Shown: piece after piece, positions 40,952-54,809 of the stretch
Position numbering within the stretch: the first letter of the stretch is position 1
How the letters are laid out: each line of letters starts with the position of its first letter
Source: Octopus sinensis
Taxonomy: Eukaryota
Length of the DNA stretch: 64,000 nt
Assembly (NCBI RefSeq): GCF_006345805.1
Contig: NC_043003.1
Coordinates: forward strand, 51,088,001 to 51,152,000
Reading direction: 5' to 3'
The notes under the pieces: generated by a model
Databases searched by the model: none
What the model was told of the DNA's origin: nothing
Seen by the model: only the letters and a program-made list of their open reading frames with translations
Program-made: the position numbers and the translations under genes

Positions 40952-41031
40952 CTAAAAGAAAGGAAAATAAACATATATATATATATATAAATGTGTACTT
41001 ACATATAAATGACCAAAGAGTACGTATGCCG

Positions 41032-41083
<52 letters not shown>

Positions 41084-42552
41084 TATATATATATAATATA
41101 TATATATATAAATGTGCACTTACATATAAGTGACCAAAGTTTACGTATGCCGCTATATATATAAAATACAAAATGGGACAAGGACGCAAAACATCCGGAC
41201 AGCTAGGTGATACAAAAAGGGACAACAAGACATCCAGATAGACGATACATAGAAAACAAGGACGGGTCATTCGAAGTTTTCTTTCCTCAGTCAAGAACCA
41301 GATTATCTTCGCAATTTCGGCTTATTCTTGAGGTTGCTCCAATCTGGCCAGCCCCAAGGAAAAACTAAGCTAAGAGCATTAGATTCCTTGGAAGAAAGCA
41401 GCGAATGTATACAAAAACAAGGACGGAAAAAACGGACAATGTTACATAAATATAAATACAATAAAAATAAAAACAGGACATAACAACAGGTGTCTTTTGA
41501 CTAAGGATGAATTGAATTAAGCCGTGTTTGGGAAATGAAGCCGTGCGGTTTCATTTCCTAAACACAGGGAAGAATATCGTGAACATTATAAAGACAACCT
41601 CATTACAGTACAGTAAAGTTTCAATGTAATATAATGATTTCTGATTTAATCACAAGGCCAGCAATTTTGAGGTGAGGCGTTAGTGGCTAACATCGGCTAC
41701 TGTAATTAATTGGTACTTTATTTTATTGATCCCTTTTGTCTTTTAAAGAAAATCATTGATGCCAAATGTTGGCGCAAAGTTAGCAATTTGGGGAAGGGAT
41801 TAAGTCGATTACATCCACCCCAGAGCTCAGCAGCTAATTATTTTATCGATACCACGAAAAGATTAAAGGAAAATGAACTTCGGCGGAATTTGAACTCAGA
41901 ACGTAAAACCGGACGAAATTCTGTTGAACATCTTGCCCGGCGTGCTAACGAGTTTTATTTCTTTATTGCCCACAAGGGGCTAAACATAGAGCAGACAAAC
42001 GGATTAAGTCGATTACATCGATCCCAGCGCGTAACTGGTACTTATTTAATCGACTCCGAAAGGATGAAAGGCAAAGTCGACCTCGGCGGAATTTGACCTC
42101 AGAACATAGCGCAGACGAAATACCTATTTCTTTATTACCCAAAAGGGGCTAAACACAGACAGGACAAACAAAGACAGACAAACGGATTAAGTCGATTATA
42201 TCGACCCCAATGCGTAGCTGGTACTTATTTAATCGACCCCGAAAGTATGAAAGGCAAAGTCGACCTCGGCGGAATTTGAACTCAGAACGTAACGGCAGAC
42301 GAAAAACCGGTAAGCATTTCAACAAAAATATTAAATGTGATTTCTAGTATGGGTAGATGGACCAAAAGAAACCCAAAATTCTACGGAAACGTGTAGTCGA
42401 TTAAATTGGTTTCAATAGTGCTTGCTTACAAACCACATGGTTCCGGGTTCAGTCCCACTGCGTGGCACTTTGCGTAAGTGTCTTCTACTATAGCCTCGGG
42501 CCGACCAAAGCCTTGTGAGTGGATTTGTTAGACGGAAACTGAAAGAACCTCG

Positions 42553-42619
<67 letters not shown>

Positions 42620-42664
42620 TATGTGTGTGTGTGTGTGTGTGTATACACATATACATATATATAC

Positions 42665-42743
<79 letters not shown>

Positions 42744-43527
42744 TATGTGTGTGTGTGTGTGTGTGTGTATACACATATACATATATATACATATATATAT
42801 ACATATATATATATAATATATATATATATGTATGTATGTATGTATATATGTATGTATGTGTGTATATACGTTTGTGAGTCTGTGTTTGTACCCCCAACAT
42901 CGCTTGACAATCGATGCTGGTGTGTTTACGTCCTCGTAACTTAGCGGTTCAGCAAAAGAAAGCGATAGAATAAGTACTAGACTTACAAAGAATAAGTCCT
43001 GGAGTCGATTTGCTCGACTAAAGGCGGTGCTCCAGCATGGCCGCAGTCAAATGACTGAAACAAGTAAAAGAGATACTTTGTGATGTCGAGTCCAAAACAG
43101 ATGAAAGATTGAGTTGGCCTCGGTGGGACTTGAAATCAAAATGTAAAGGATATTAAATAAATGCTACAAGGAATTTTTGTCTAACATTCTAAGACACTCG
43201 TGAGCAACCCACGGTCCTCAGTTCTTTTTGAATGGCACGCCTGATGAAAAATTAGCTTGAATTTTTTTATAGCGCGGCCCGTCTGGTGTTGAGTCATGTT
43301 TCATGCAGCCATCTTCTCGAAAAGGGCTGCCAATGCCTCCAAGAATTCTGCAAATCCACATCATTGAAAATATTCATACGCACGTACACACAAACGGACA
43401 CACACACACACACATACAAATACACACACACAAATACAAATACACACACACACACATAGATACACAAATACGCACAACATTGAATATTAACGAGAATTCT
43501 TAATGGACGAAAGCTTTTTCTACTTAC

Positions 43528-43818
43528 TTCTGGATCTACTAGATGCTGACCGTAAATAATAACCTAAGCTAGTGTTAAAAATTCCATTGAAAGAAATAAC
43601 GTTCGGTTCAAAACCAGACTTCACAAGACCGTCTTTCAAGGTGTTTCCCAGCACATCCGAATTAGCGTCACTGACGTCATATATAAGTGAGACGTTTTTC
43701 CAATGGTAATAGCGGAAGACACTGGCGAGTACTCGGCGGATTCTACACTGGCAAAACGACATTCGGGTCATCGTTGTATAAATGGTTTTGTTTTTGAACT
43801 TTCCATTATCACCAAGAC
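43528..43818 (-). CDS. Receptor GC exon, ectodomain (GLGDNGKFKNKTIYTTMTR...SSRSR)
   Basis: Acceptor ttttttcAG, donor GTAAGT, phase 1/1, open 291 nt; F..K..Y.T.TR and Y.W motifs. Confidence 0.92.
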
Positions 43819-43829
43819 CTGAAAAAAAG

Positions 43830-44600
43830 TAATAATAATGATTTCAAATTTTGGTCCAAAGCTAGCAATATCAGGAGGAGATGGGAGAAATCGATTACAT
43901 TGACCCCAGTACTCGACTGGTACTTATTTTATCAACCCCAAAATTGATGAAAGGCAAAGTCGACCTGGACGGAATTTGAACTCAGAAAGTAGCGGCAAGC
44001 GAAATACCTATTTCTTTACTCCCCACAAGGGGTTAAACACAGAAGGGACAAACAAGAACAGACAAACGGATTAAGTCGATTATATCTACCTCAGTGCGTA
44101 ACTGGTACTTATTTAATCGACTCCGAAAGGATGAAAGGCAAAGTCGACCTCGACGGAATTTGAACTCAGAACGTAGCGGCAAGCGAAATATCTATTTCTT
44201 TACTACCCACAAGGGGCTAAACACAGAAGGGACGACAGACAAACGGATTAAGTCGATTATATCGACCCAAATGCGTAACTGGTACTTCTTTAATCGACCC
44301 CGAAAGGATGAAAGGCAAAGTCGACCTGGACGGAATTTGAACTCAGAACGTAGCGGCAAGCGAAATACCTATTTCTTTACTACCCACAAGGGGCTAAACA
44401 TAAAAGGGACAAACAAGGACAGACACACGGATTAAGTCGATTACATCGACCCCAGTGCGTACTGGTACTTCTTTAATCGACCCCGAAAGGATGAAAGGCA
44501 AAGTCGACCTCGACGGAATTTGAACTCAGAACGTAACGGCAGACGAAATAACGCTAAACATTTCGCTCGACGTGCTAACGATTCTGCAGTATCGCGGCCT
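43830..44600 (-). repeat. Tandem array (about four units of 180 bp) of the Nin-like SINE
   Basis: Repeated junction gaaatacc|tatttctttac at 44008, 44192 and 44369. Dimers with the same junction occur at 35088 and 42124. Confidence 0.88.
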
Positions 44601-44631
<31 letters not shown>

Positions 44632-44683
44632 AAGAAGAAGAAGAAGAAGAAGAAGAAGAAGAAGAAGAAGAAGAAGAAGAAGA

Positions 44684-46288
44684 TCATAAAGGAGCTAGAA
44701 CCAGCGAGGAGCTACAAGTACCTAGGAGTATTTGAAGGCGATGGAATCAAGCATTCGATGATGAGGGAAAAGATCAGAAAAGAATGTTATCGCAGGGTAA
44801 GGGCAATACCCAAGACAGCTAAACGCAAGCAACAAGATCGAAGCGATCAATACTTTAGCCATACCAGACCGGTCGTGACTTAAGGTTTCAATATTATTAA
44901 CTAGTCAATTACTGAAATCTTGGCAGAAAAATACGAAAATTGTTCACAAAGCATAGAATGCACCACCATAACGCAGATAGAACGACTTTACCTGCCAAGA
45001 AAAGAAGGCTGTGGACTTTTACAACTGTAATTAACAATGACTACCACAACTGGCCTAAACACCTACCTGAAAATCTGTGATGACTGGATGTTAAAACTTG
45101 TCTTAAAGCATGAAAACAAGAAAACATCATACTCAGTAATAAAACAGACAAAGAAATATCTAAGTAAATTCCAAATACAACAATCCCAGAATTAGACCTG
45201 CTGGAAACCAACACAGAAAAAGTTAAGCGTATAAAAATTCGTGCTAAAACTGCTACCTTCGATGCTCTTACTGATAAGTGACAAGAAAAACCTCTCAATG
45301 GCAAATACCCATAGAGAGCTACTAATGTCGATGTTGACAAAGCCCTTACCCATCAATGGTTAGTATCTTCTGGCTTAGAATCAGAGACAGAAGGGTTTAT
45401 CATAGCAGCCCAAGATCAATGCCTACCTACAAGAAGCTTGCAGGCCAACATCTTAAAGAACGTCAGTAGCCCAATACGTCGTGTATGTAAACAACAAAAT
45501 GAAACCATCGATCATGTTGTCTCCATGTGCAGTCTTCTTGCGTCTACAAAGTATCTGAACGAGCATAATAGAGCAGCACAGTATATTCACTGGGTAATTT
45601 GCAAAGACTTGGACCTTCCCCACTATAAAAACTGTTGGGAACACTCCTTTGAAACTTCACTGACAGGAAGATAGATGCAAATAGGCCAGACATTATAGTG
45701 AAAAACTTCAGACAAAAACCATGCCTCTTCATCGATATGACTGTCCTAATCGATATAAATGTATCTGTCAAGACCTACCAAAAACTGAGCAAATATAAAG
45801 ATCTTGAAATAGAAATTGGAAAAAAAAAATGGAGCCTCAAGACTAAAACAATACCTGTTGTCATAGATGCCCTAAGAATGATAGCAATGGGGTGATATTG
45901 TTACCTAGCTCAGATACCAGGAAATCCAAAATTGAAGAAATTCAAAAAATAGTGTTCATGAGAACTGCCCATATCCTATGTAAAATATTGTTTATATAAT
46001 TCCAAAAATATTTTTTCCGTAAACTGTCAAAATACTTTTAACTGTACATAACAGCAAATACCTTTTACTGTCATCTTAATATCAGACTATCATCTTATAA
46101 TCAAATTACTTTTAAAACAAACTTCCAGTTTACTTATATTTTGACAGACATTCTCTAGAACAATACTCTGTGCAAAACCAAATATATAGCACTTTCGTCA
46201 TAATAGCAACTTGAACTTCTAACTTGTCTCTTGAGGTGTCTGGGTGAGACTTGGAGTCAATTTGTATAAATACAAAGAAAAGCCAAAC

Positions 46289-46292
<4 letters not shown>
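44684..46292 (+). mobile_element. R4/Dong-clade non-LTR element, decayed (RT C-terminus, CCHC finger, restriction-like endonuclease)
   Basis: SYKYLG, RLYLPRKEG, ETEGFIIAAQDQ, C..ETIDHVVS.C, RPDIIV and KLSKYKDL motifs with frameshifts; ends at (TAA)n. Confidence 0.85.
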
Positions 46293-46358
<66 letters not shown>

Positions 46359-46369
46359 TTATAATTTAT

Positions 46370-47255
46370 GTTAAGTTACCTTTCCCCCTCCTGCAGTCTC
46401 TAAGTACAGTTTTATCCATCAAGAGTTGATCCTTGGTACCTTTGCACTTACGCTTGCAACCCTTCTGCTCATGTGGCAGGACTCCATTTTATTTTTCTAG
46501 ATGTCCGTACATTGACTCTGCGAGTATTCCAGTCAATAACTTCCACATAAGTGGCAAACAGGATATCGACCTGTAATTGTCTACCGTATTGCCTTTTTCG
46601 ATGTTTTTCAGGCACAGCACTGTCCTACCCAACTCTGGTGTTATTTGGTCGGCATTTAACATGGTGTTGCGTTATGCAGCTATTCGTGCATGACATTCAC
46701 CAAATCTTTTGATTCAGTAACCTTGAACTCCATCTGGTCCCGGGGCCTTCACGTTGCTCATTTTTTTGCTGATTTCCTTCACTTCCCTAACTGAAATGAC
46801 CAGTTCTGCCTGTTTTGGACAGACTACTGTTTGTTTTAGGTCTTGCAACCATTCAGCATCCTTCTTGTGCTCCTTGTCCTTTGTTCCAGATGTCACTGCA
46901 AAACGTTTGACTTTCAATATTATATGGTATCAACTTTTCATCTGTACACTTCATTTATTTCTTTATAAAATCTCTTCTGGTTTACTCTGAATAGCCTATT
47001 CTGGTGGTAACCCTACATTCTTTGGTCGTATCTTACCATCTTTGCTTTCTTTGCAACGAGGCGCTGTTTCAGTTTCTCCATAATCACTTTTAGGCCCTTT
47101 CTTTCAATATTATACTTCCTTTTCAGCGCCCTGTATTTTTGTTCGCATTTAAGCTCCCCTTTCTCTTTTTGGTCTAACACAGAGATTTCCTTCGAGAGCA
47201 TGTCTAACCCTGCCTGGATTCTTCTTTTCCACCATGGATCTTTTCTTTTGTCACT
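46370..47255 (-). mobile_element. Second R4/Dong-like RT fragment
   Basis: [28 protein letters not shown] and [19 protein letters not shown] motifs. Confidence 0.8.
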
Positions 47256-47575
47256 GGAGGTCGAGACCAAACCAGACCCCGAGCAGTTTAACTGTCCGTC
47301 GGTCCAGCGTCCGACAACGCCGTCCGATGGCATCGTCCTGCTTCTCCAGGAGTACAACCACAAACCCACCGATTTGACGGCGTTGATTTTAGCCCCTGCA
47401 ACCGACTCACATTCCTTTATGATGGTACCGACCGTCCCCACTTCGGAGGCGTCCGACACCATGACGGTGACATCGTTCGTGTATGCCAACACTGCCCTTC
47501 CTTGTCCTAGTTCGAAAGGAATGCCCCTTAGCTGTTCCAACTTCTGCAGCTGTGGCTCAAGAGTCAATACGTACA
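47256..47575 (-). mobile_element. L1/Tx1-like RT fragment
   Basis: LEP.L....AYTNDVTV....ESVAGAKINAVKS, resembling decayed YADD and SGAKIN..KS motifs. Confidence 0.6.
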
Positions 47576-47579
47576 GAAA

Positions 47580-48135
47580 TGCCCTGATGCAGTATCAGGC
47601 AGTGGCTCTCATGGCTTCTGATCTTAACTGATTGGAAGTGTTATCATGTCCATTGTTTTGTCTTGGTATAAAAGATGGGCTACAGCAAATATTCTGCTCA
47701 ATACCAAAAATTTGTTTGTCAGTTGCTTGACCTTAATCGGTTGAGCATGTTCCTTAGTGGCTGATGATATATGCATCTCTGATCATGAGCAGAAGTAGTG
47801 AGGGAGCATCATAGCCATGTGTTGAGAAGAGTTCTTTGGGGTTTGAATAATTCACCTCTGAAAACATGGGTGTTTCGCTCATCATACTTAAACAAACCTT
47901 ATTCAGGGACCTTTTGAGCGGGATGGGCCACTCAACCTAAAGAAAATTCTAACTGGGCCCCAACTGCAAAGTCATGCACTGTTTATTTTGATATAAGATC
48001 ACTATGTCGCGCACATATGGTTGTGATGCATGTGTCTGGTGTACCCTTATCAGGCGAGTAGTCATGATGGGTATATTGGACTTCATATATTTGTACCCCA
48101 ATGTCACTTTGGTGGCATACGCTGCTCTCTCACTC

Positions 48136-48175
<40 letters not shown>

Positions 48176-48250
48176 TAATAATAATAATAATAATAATATG
48201 ATAATGATAATGATGATGATGATGACGACGACGACGACGACGACGACGAC

Positions 48251-48287
<37 letters not shown>

Positions 48288-48660
48288 GATAATGATGACG
48301 ACGACGACGATGATGATGATGGTAACAATAATAGTCTTCTGATCTTAACTGTTTGGAAGTGTTATCATATACATTGTTTTGACTTGGTATAAAATATGGG
48401 CTACAACAAATATTCTGCTCAATACCACAGATTTGCCTGTCAGTTATTTGACCTTAACCAGTTGAGCATGTCCCTTAGTGACTGACGATATGTGCATCTC
48501 TGATCACGAGCAGAAGTAGTGGGGGAGCATCATAGCCATGTGTTGAGAGGAATTCTTTGGGGTTTGGATAATTCACCTTTTGAAACATGGGTGTTTCGTT
48601 CAACATCCTTAAACAACCCTTATTCAAGGACCTTTTGTGCAGGATAGGCTACTCAACCTG
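47580..48660. repeat. Two copies of an interspersed repeat (47580-48134 and 48335-48660) separated by a compound trinucleotide tract
   Basis: The text cttctgatcttaactg.ttggaagtgttatcat...ctactcaacct occurs twice. Confidence 0.7.
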
Positions 48661-49929
48661 ACTAACGGCTTAGTCAAAGACGCAGAGAAACCACTTGCTC
48701 TATTTTCTATTTGCTTGATCTGGAAAAAGGAGCAGTACCACGACTTTTGCAACCCTCCAGGAACGGTGTGACAGAGGCGGTTAATGCTTTGCTTAAACTG
48801 TTACAAGTTAACACCTGCAACTAGGACATGAGAAGGAAGGTGATTTTAGAGGAAGGAACGGGAATAATAGTAGTGTGGGTTTGGAAGTGAAAACAATAAG
48901 GTTGACTAGAGGTGGAAAGTCAAGAGTGATGGGAGTGCTTAAATGGAAGATACACAAGACAGAACCATCAAAGCATTGGTAGAATATAAAGAATACAGAG
49001 AATGATAGTGAGAGGAGACAGCACACCTACAGGCCGGAGGTTGCAGTGTTACTGTGACTGATAACAGGATTTGAATCAATATGATGGTAATCAACTTCCA
49101 TTCTTCATATAGTAATTCAATTGTGTGCTCTCGTATTGTCTCCCACCAAGTACTTATATTTGAACTTAATATTTCTTGATCACAAAACCCTCATTACTGC
49201 CTGACGTGCCAACGAGGGATCCTCTTCGTAGTCGCTCAACCTGTTGGAAATAGCAAGCAAATTCCCCCTAATCACAACTCCACTGTCTTAAAAAAGAGAA
49301 GTAGGACATAACGTAGTCCTAGAGATACATTAAAATTGGATGGCCACGATTGGAGCACCTTTGATCATAGATGTGCTCAATCAAGGCTAACCAGGATTTA
49401 ACAACAGCATATCACCCTATGGAGCTTTCATTGAACTTAACTTTGAAACGGATGTTAAATGTAATGAACATATCGCAACGCTGGTCTCAATGAAAATATT
49501 TACCATTTGCTATCCACGTTTTAATAGACAACTAACAAGCAATAAATCGGGTTAAATCACCATTATATGCAGCAGAAGCATTGTGAATGTATCGAGTGCT
49601 TATTGAAAATTTTCAAGAGAGCTTTCAGAAAATAAACGTACATTGCCGAGTTATGTAATAAGCAAGTGTGTCCAATTGTAAGAGTAGGATTCTAGCAAAC
49701 AGAATCCACGAAGCTGTTTCTAATCTCGAAGGAAAGAAGTTTACATCCATCTTGTGTCACTAATACTCCAAATTACCCTCTAAAAATTATATATCTTTTA
49801 TCTTCTATGCTCTACAGGAAAAGACAATGGATGAGGCAGGCCAGTATATCCTACTGAGAGATACAATGACGTCATCGCAAGCTAACTCCTGACGCACCAC
49901 TAATAAAAAGAAATAAAATAGCAACTTAC

Positions 49930-50049
49930 CTGTAATTAACGGAATATTCCAATACGATGCCATGAGGCTGGTCGGTTCGACGGCATATGTACAGGCTGGA
50001 CCGAGGAATGCTACGATTTTATCGTGGTAGAACAACTCGGCTGCCATGC
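49930..50049 (-). CDS. Receptor guanylyl cyclase (NPR-like), most 5' exon found; ANF-receptor extracellular domain (GMAAELFYHDKIVAFLGPACTYAVEPTSLMASYWNIPLIT)
   Basis: AG acceptor 50050-51, GTAAG donor 49928-29, phase 1/1. The AFLGPxC...W.IPLIT motif is typical of NPR/receptor-GC ectodomains. Confidence 0.92.
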
Positions 50050-50789
50050 CTAGATAATGAAATTTAAAAAAGAAAATTATATATTAAATAGCTGCTTTAA
50101 TGACACGTACAGATGCGTATGTATTTTCACGCATATGAATACATATACACTCAAATACATGCACACTGAAAACTCACATATATTAACTCATAAAATCGAA
50201 TAAAAACACACAGATGCATTGCTGAAACCCCCTTCGGTCATGACTGACCATGGATTGCACCTAGAAAGTTACCCTCCCAGGCACAAGTCCAGGCAAGGTC
50301 TTTTTTTATGGAAGACCAGCAGTCGCCCATGCATACCGGCCTCCCCTCTCTACACCACCAGTGTTATCCAAGGGAAAGGCAAAGGACGATACAGCTTGGC
50401 ACCTGTGACGTCGCAACTCATTTCTACAGCTCAGTGAACAGGAACAATGTAAAATAACGTGTCTTGCTCAAGAACACAACAAGCAGCCCGGTCCGGGATT
50501 CGAACTCACAACCTCACGACCGTAAGCTTGACGCTCTAACCACTGAGGCATGCGCCTTCACCGGACACATTACACATCAAGATAACATCTATACTGAAAA
50601 TAGTAGCAAATTCTTCCTTTAATTACATTTCATTATCTCGAAAGAGGGAACATATAAGATAACGGATTTCTGGACACACTTAAAAAATATTGGGTGGTCC
50701 TAGTTGAACTGTCCTGGGGTTAAACAACAACAACAGTTGGTTCTCGTTGAAACAAGGACATAGAAGCACTTGATATGGGCTTGTGATGG

Positions 50790-52620
50790 ATGGATGGATA
50801 CCGACTAAAAGGGTTTACGAGCCTCTATGAAGCTATAGTGATACAACTAAATTTCGTGCATATCAAAGAGGGAATACTATTGTGATTTGACTGAAGGACA
50901 AATTGAAAGGAAATAATGTCTCAGATTACCAACCAATTATATGTGTACCAATTATGTGAAAACTCCTAACAGGGATAATTGCAGAAGAGATATATTAACA
51001 GCCATATGAGAAACATCTAATTCCCGATGAACAGAAAATCTTTTCTATAAAAAACAGAGGAACAAAAGAGCTATTAATAATAGACAAAATAGTTTTGAGA
51101 ATTAGCAAACGATTTTAAAATGTATGCATTGCATGGAACGATTATAGAAAAGTATACGATATAATCTCACAGTCGTGGATCAAGCGATGCCTATAATTCT
51201 TTAAGGTGTCAGAAAACATTGGGTACATACTAGTTAGAATATGCAATGAGACATTAGGGAATAGAGTTAACATCAGGAGAGGAAAGATTAAAAATTATAT
51301 AGATTAGAAAAAGATGGGATCAGCAACAAAGGAATCAGTAATCGCACTGATCCGTTTTCAATTATACTAAGCAAAGCTAAAGAAGGGTACACGTTGAGAG
51401 AGAATAGGGGAACTATTGGGTTGTCATGAAAGTTCGTGCCGATTTTTAAAGGAAAGAAAAAGGTCAATAAATACTTGCCATTACATTTTTAATCAACCAA
51501 ATATGAACCATTTTGTTGCACAATGCATCTCCATCTTTCCTTTAACTTGAAAATACCCTCTTCCTAGAATTGAGGTAGTTTCAAGGCAAAGAATTCATCA
51601 AGGTATCCTTTTACGTCATCCAAGGAATTGAAATTTTTACCGTTAAAACTATTCTGCAGAGACCTGAATAAGTGGAAATCCGAAGGAGCAATATCTGGGG
51701 AATATGGAGTGTGGGGTAACACATCCCAGCCGAGCTGCAGCAATTTTTGTCTGGTTCTCAAAGCATCAAGTGCCGAAAATGAAATTCCTTATCTTCCATT
51801 TTAAAGGGTTACAGAATTAACACAGATTATAGGAACATAAACCTTCTTCCACGAAAAGATAGCTTAAACTGTGCTCTAAATGGAGGTGTAGTCAAATCCT
51901 ATTTTATGGACTCAACCATGTTCTAAAATAAGTCGAAAGGTAAGCTACTATAAATCGGCATGATCTTTCCGGAGAACCCAATAGTTTTGAGAATTTGCAG
52001 ACGATTTTAAAATGTATGCATTGCGTGGAACGATTATATAAAAGTATACGATTTAATCTCACAGTCGTGGATCAAGCGATCCTATAATTCTTTAAGGTGT
52101 CAGAAAACATTGGGTACATACTAGTTAGAATATGCAATGCGACACTAGGGAATAGAGTTAACATCAGGAGAGGAAAGATCAAAAATTATATAGATCAGAA
52201 AAAGATTCTTTCATGGGAACAGCATTTCTTCCGTCTAGTAAAGATGGAATCAGTAACAAATGAATCAGTAATCGCACTGATCCCTTTTTCGATTATACTA
52301 AACAAAGCTAAGGAAGAGTACTCGTTGAGAGAGAATTTGAGAACTACTTTCTGTTTATGATTTAAAGCTCTGTGGCAAAGGCAGGAGTCAAATGGATTCC
52401 TTAATGCAAAATGTAAGAATATTTAGTAAGAATATTAGGCTGACTTTCGGAATCGAAAAATGCGTTATAATAAAGATGTAGCGGGGGAAACCCTTAAAAA
52501 GTGCTGGAAGAAATTTACCTAATGTTGAGTATATTAAACCATTAGACGCGGAAGAAACATATAAATATCTTGGAATATTTGAAAGCGACAAAATCAAAAT
52601 TATAAAAACTAGTAACCACA
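50790..52620 (+). mobile_element. Decayed R4/Dong-like RT fragment, interrupted by a mariner and partly duplicated
   Basis: KGNNVSDYQPIIC, KLLTGIIAEEIY, LIPDEQK, RGTKELLIIDK and TYKYLGI motifs. Confidence 0.75.
51416..51981 (-). mobile_element. Internally deleted mariner (DD34D type)
   Basis: 30-bp TIRs ttgggtt.tc..gaaag.tc.tgccgattt with TA on both sides; HTPYSPDIAPSDFHLFRSLQN. Confidence 0.9.
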
Positions 52621-54809
52621 CCTTTTAAGATAGGGATTTCTAACCTATCCCACTCGCATCCTCACCTCATTTTACATGTCCCTGTAAATTTTGGAGTCAA
52701 TCCGACGGGATCTAGTGGCCTTTAATCCGTTCCAATGCCAAAACCAAACTTTTCGCATTTCAGAATTATAATATAGAGATGAAGGAAACCTTCAGTTGTC
52801 TTCTTCTTCTTCTTCTTCTTCTTCTTCTTCTTCCAATCAGGACTCACGCCATTAGCCACAAAGAATAATCTCTAATTCGAGCCTACTCTAAGCTACTAAG
52901 AATGCGTGTGGCAACTTGAAGATCCATCCACCACACGTGATACACTGGCGATTGCACTGGCGCGAAAGCTACGTTGTTATCCTCATTCCGTAAACGGTGG
53001 CTTTTAACGGGTCGAGAGCTGAACTATCCTGGGGTACAGAGGATTGGCAATCTAGACTAGGGTCTGAAAGTTTACCACACCATAGTGGGTTACACCATGG
53101 TTCCTCTGTTTTGTAGCAGAAGTAGGGAGAAAGAGTGAGAGAAAGTTGTGGTGAAAGAGTACAGCGGGGTTCACCACCCTCCCCCGCCGAAAGCTCGTGG
53201 AGCTAAGGTGTTTTTGCTCAATAAACACTCACAATGCCCGGTCTGGGAATCGAAACCGGGTTCTTACGACCGCGAGTCCGCTTCCCTAGCCACTGGGCCA
53301 TTGCGCCTCCACTGGTGCTGTGGTTGTTGCTGTTACGGGTTTTTTTTTTTTTTTCGCTTTTGTTCTCGTCGTCATTGTTGTTGCTGTCGCCGCAATTTAT
53401 TGCAGCAACGGTGGTGAGGAAGATGGCGGCGAAAGTAGAGGTGTTACTATTACTGTCCATTTTTGCGTTTTTTGTTGCCATTGCTGCTATTAATTTGTTG
53501 CTGCAATCGCCGCTACGTGTTACGGTGATGGTGGAGGTGCTGCTGCTTCTTTTGGTTTGAGGCCATTAAGATTGAGAAGGCAGCATCAAAACTGCCACTC
53601 CAAATGCCATACTTAGATATTTTTTCTAAGATGGGTAAATTAAAGAAAAAAATAATAATAATTCCGTCCCAAAACTAAAACGGAAGAACCAAAACTAAAC
53701 AGAATTGACCAGTTCTTTGGGATTCCGGTGAGTTTAACAACAAAATAGAATGGAACTTTTAGCAGTAGACGTTTCAAAACATAGTTGACATGCATCAAAA
53801 TTTAAGAACGATCCGAAAGGGGCTTCTTACCAATACCAAAAATAATAATAATAACAATAATTAGGGGTGGGGGGAGAAGAAGAAGAAGAAGAAGAAGAAG
53901 AAGGAAGAGGAGGACGAGGACGAGGAGGACGAGGACGAGGACGAGGAGGAGGAGGAGAAGAAGAAGAAGAAGAAGAAGAAGAAGAAGAAGAAGAAGAAGA
54001 AGAAGAAAAAGAAGAAGAAGAAGAAGAAGAAGAAGAACAACAACAACAACAGCTACAAGAACAAGAAGAACAAGAAGAACAATAACAGTGCTTTCTTTAT
54101 TAGCCACAGTTTTGCCAAAAAGATCGAGAGCGTTACAGTACGATACAATGCAGGCGTACATTTAAAAAAAAAGATGCGTGTAAGCATGAGAAATAATACA
54201 AGAAAAAAAAACCCAAAAGAATACAAAGAAAAAATTCTCCCAAAAGAGATCTCTGCGAGAAAGACGTGAAAGCACTATGAAAACCACGGTCACCCTGACC
54301 ACAAAGGCAAGTGCTTTTCTCCCCAGCTGTCCTCTTCCAATCTATAGACATATGCTCAGAGTAGTCCGTTCACTTGGATCATGCTTGTCACTCTCATCGA
54401 CCTTTCAACATAGTAATATGATGGGGAGGAGGTGGATGCTTTTGTTGCTAGTTGACAATTCAATAACATTAGAGTAATCATTATTGTGTTTTGTTTGCTT
54501 TAGTTTATACATTTTACACGTTAATCAGTATAACATCAATAAAAGTCACGTTTGCCATTATTGTTTTTACTGACAATATGAATCATTGTTGAACCGCTGT
54601 TTGTTCTTGTTTCCTTTGTACTGTGACAAGTCTTCAATGTGTTGCATCTGTTTTTGTTTTGTTTTGTTTTCTTTTTCTTCCTAACAAATATTAGGAAAAG
54701 ACAACAAATATTATGAAAAAATTATGAACCTGGTAAAATTACGATAAAAAATCACTGGCAATGACATAAAACGGGGAAAAGAAAATAAGAGGAAGGAAAA
54801 ATACTAATA

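Noticed and set aside
41003-41031. AG..GTAAGT 29-nt cryptic exon in a duplicated unit of about 50 bp between (TA)n tracts
   Set aside because: It shifts the frame, leaves only a 51-nt intron and has no pyrimidine tract.
40952-41294. N-terminal extension of the 225-aa ORF as coding sequence
   Set aside because: It is intronic read-through across (TA)n; the real exon starts at the AG at 40952-53.
43830-44600. CRISPR-like regular repeats (also 37480-37700)
   Set aside because: Whole units repeat with no unique spacers and no cas genes; they are SINE multimers and an RTE 3' UTR repeat in eukaryotic DNA.
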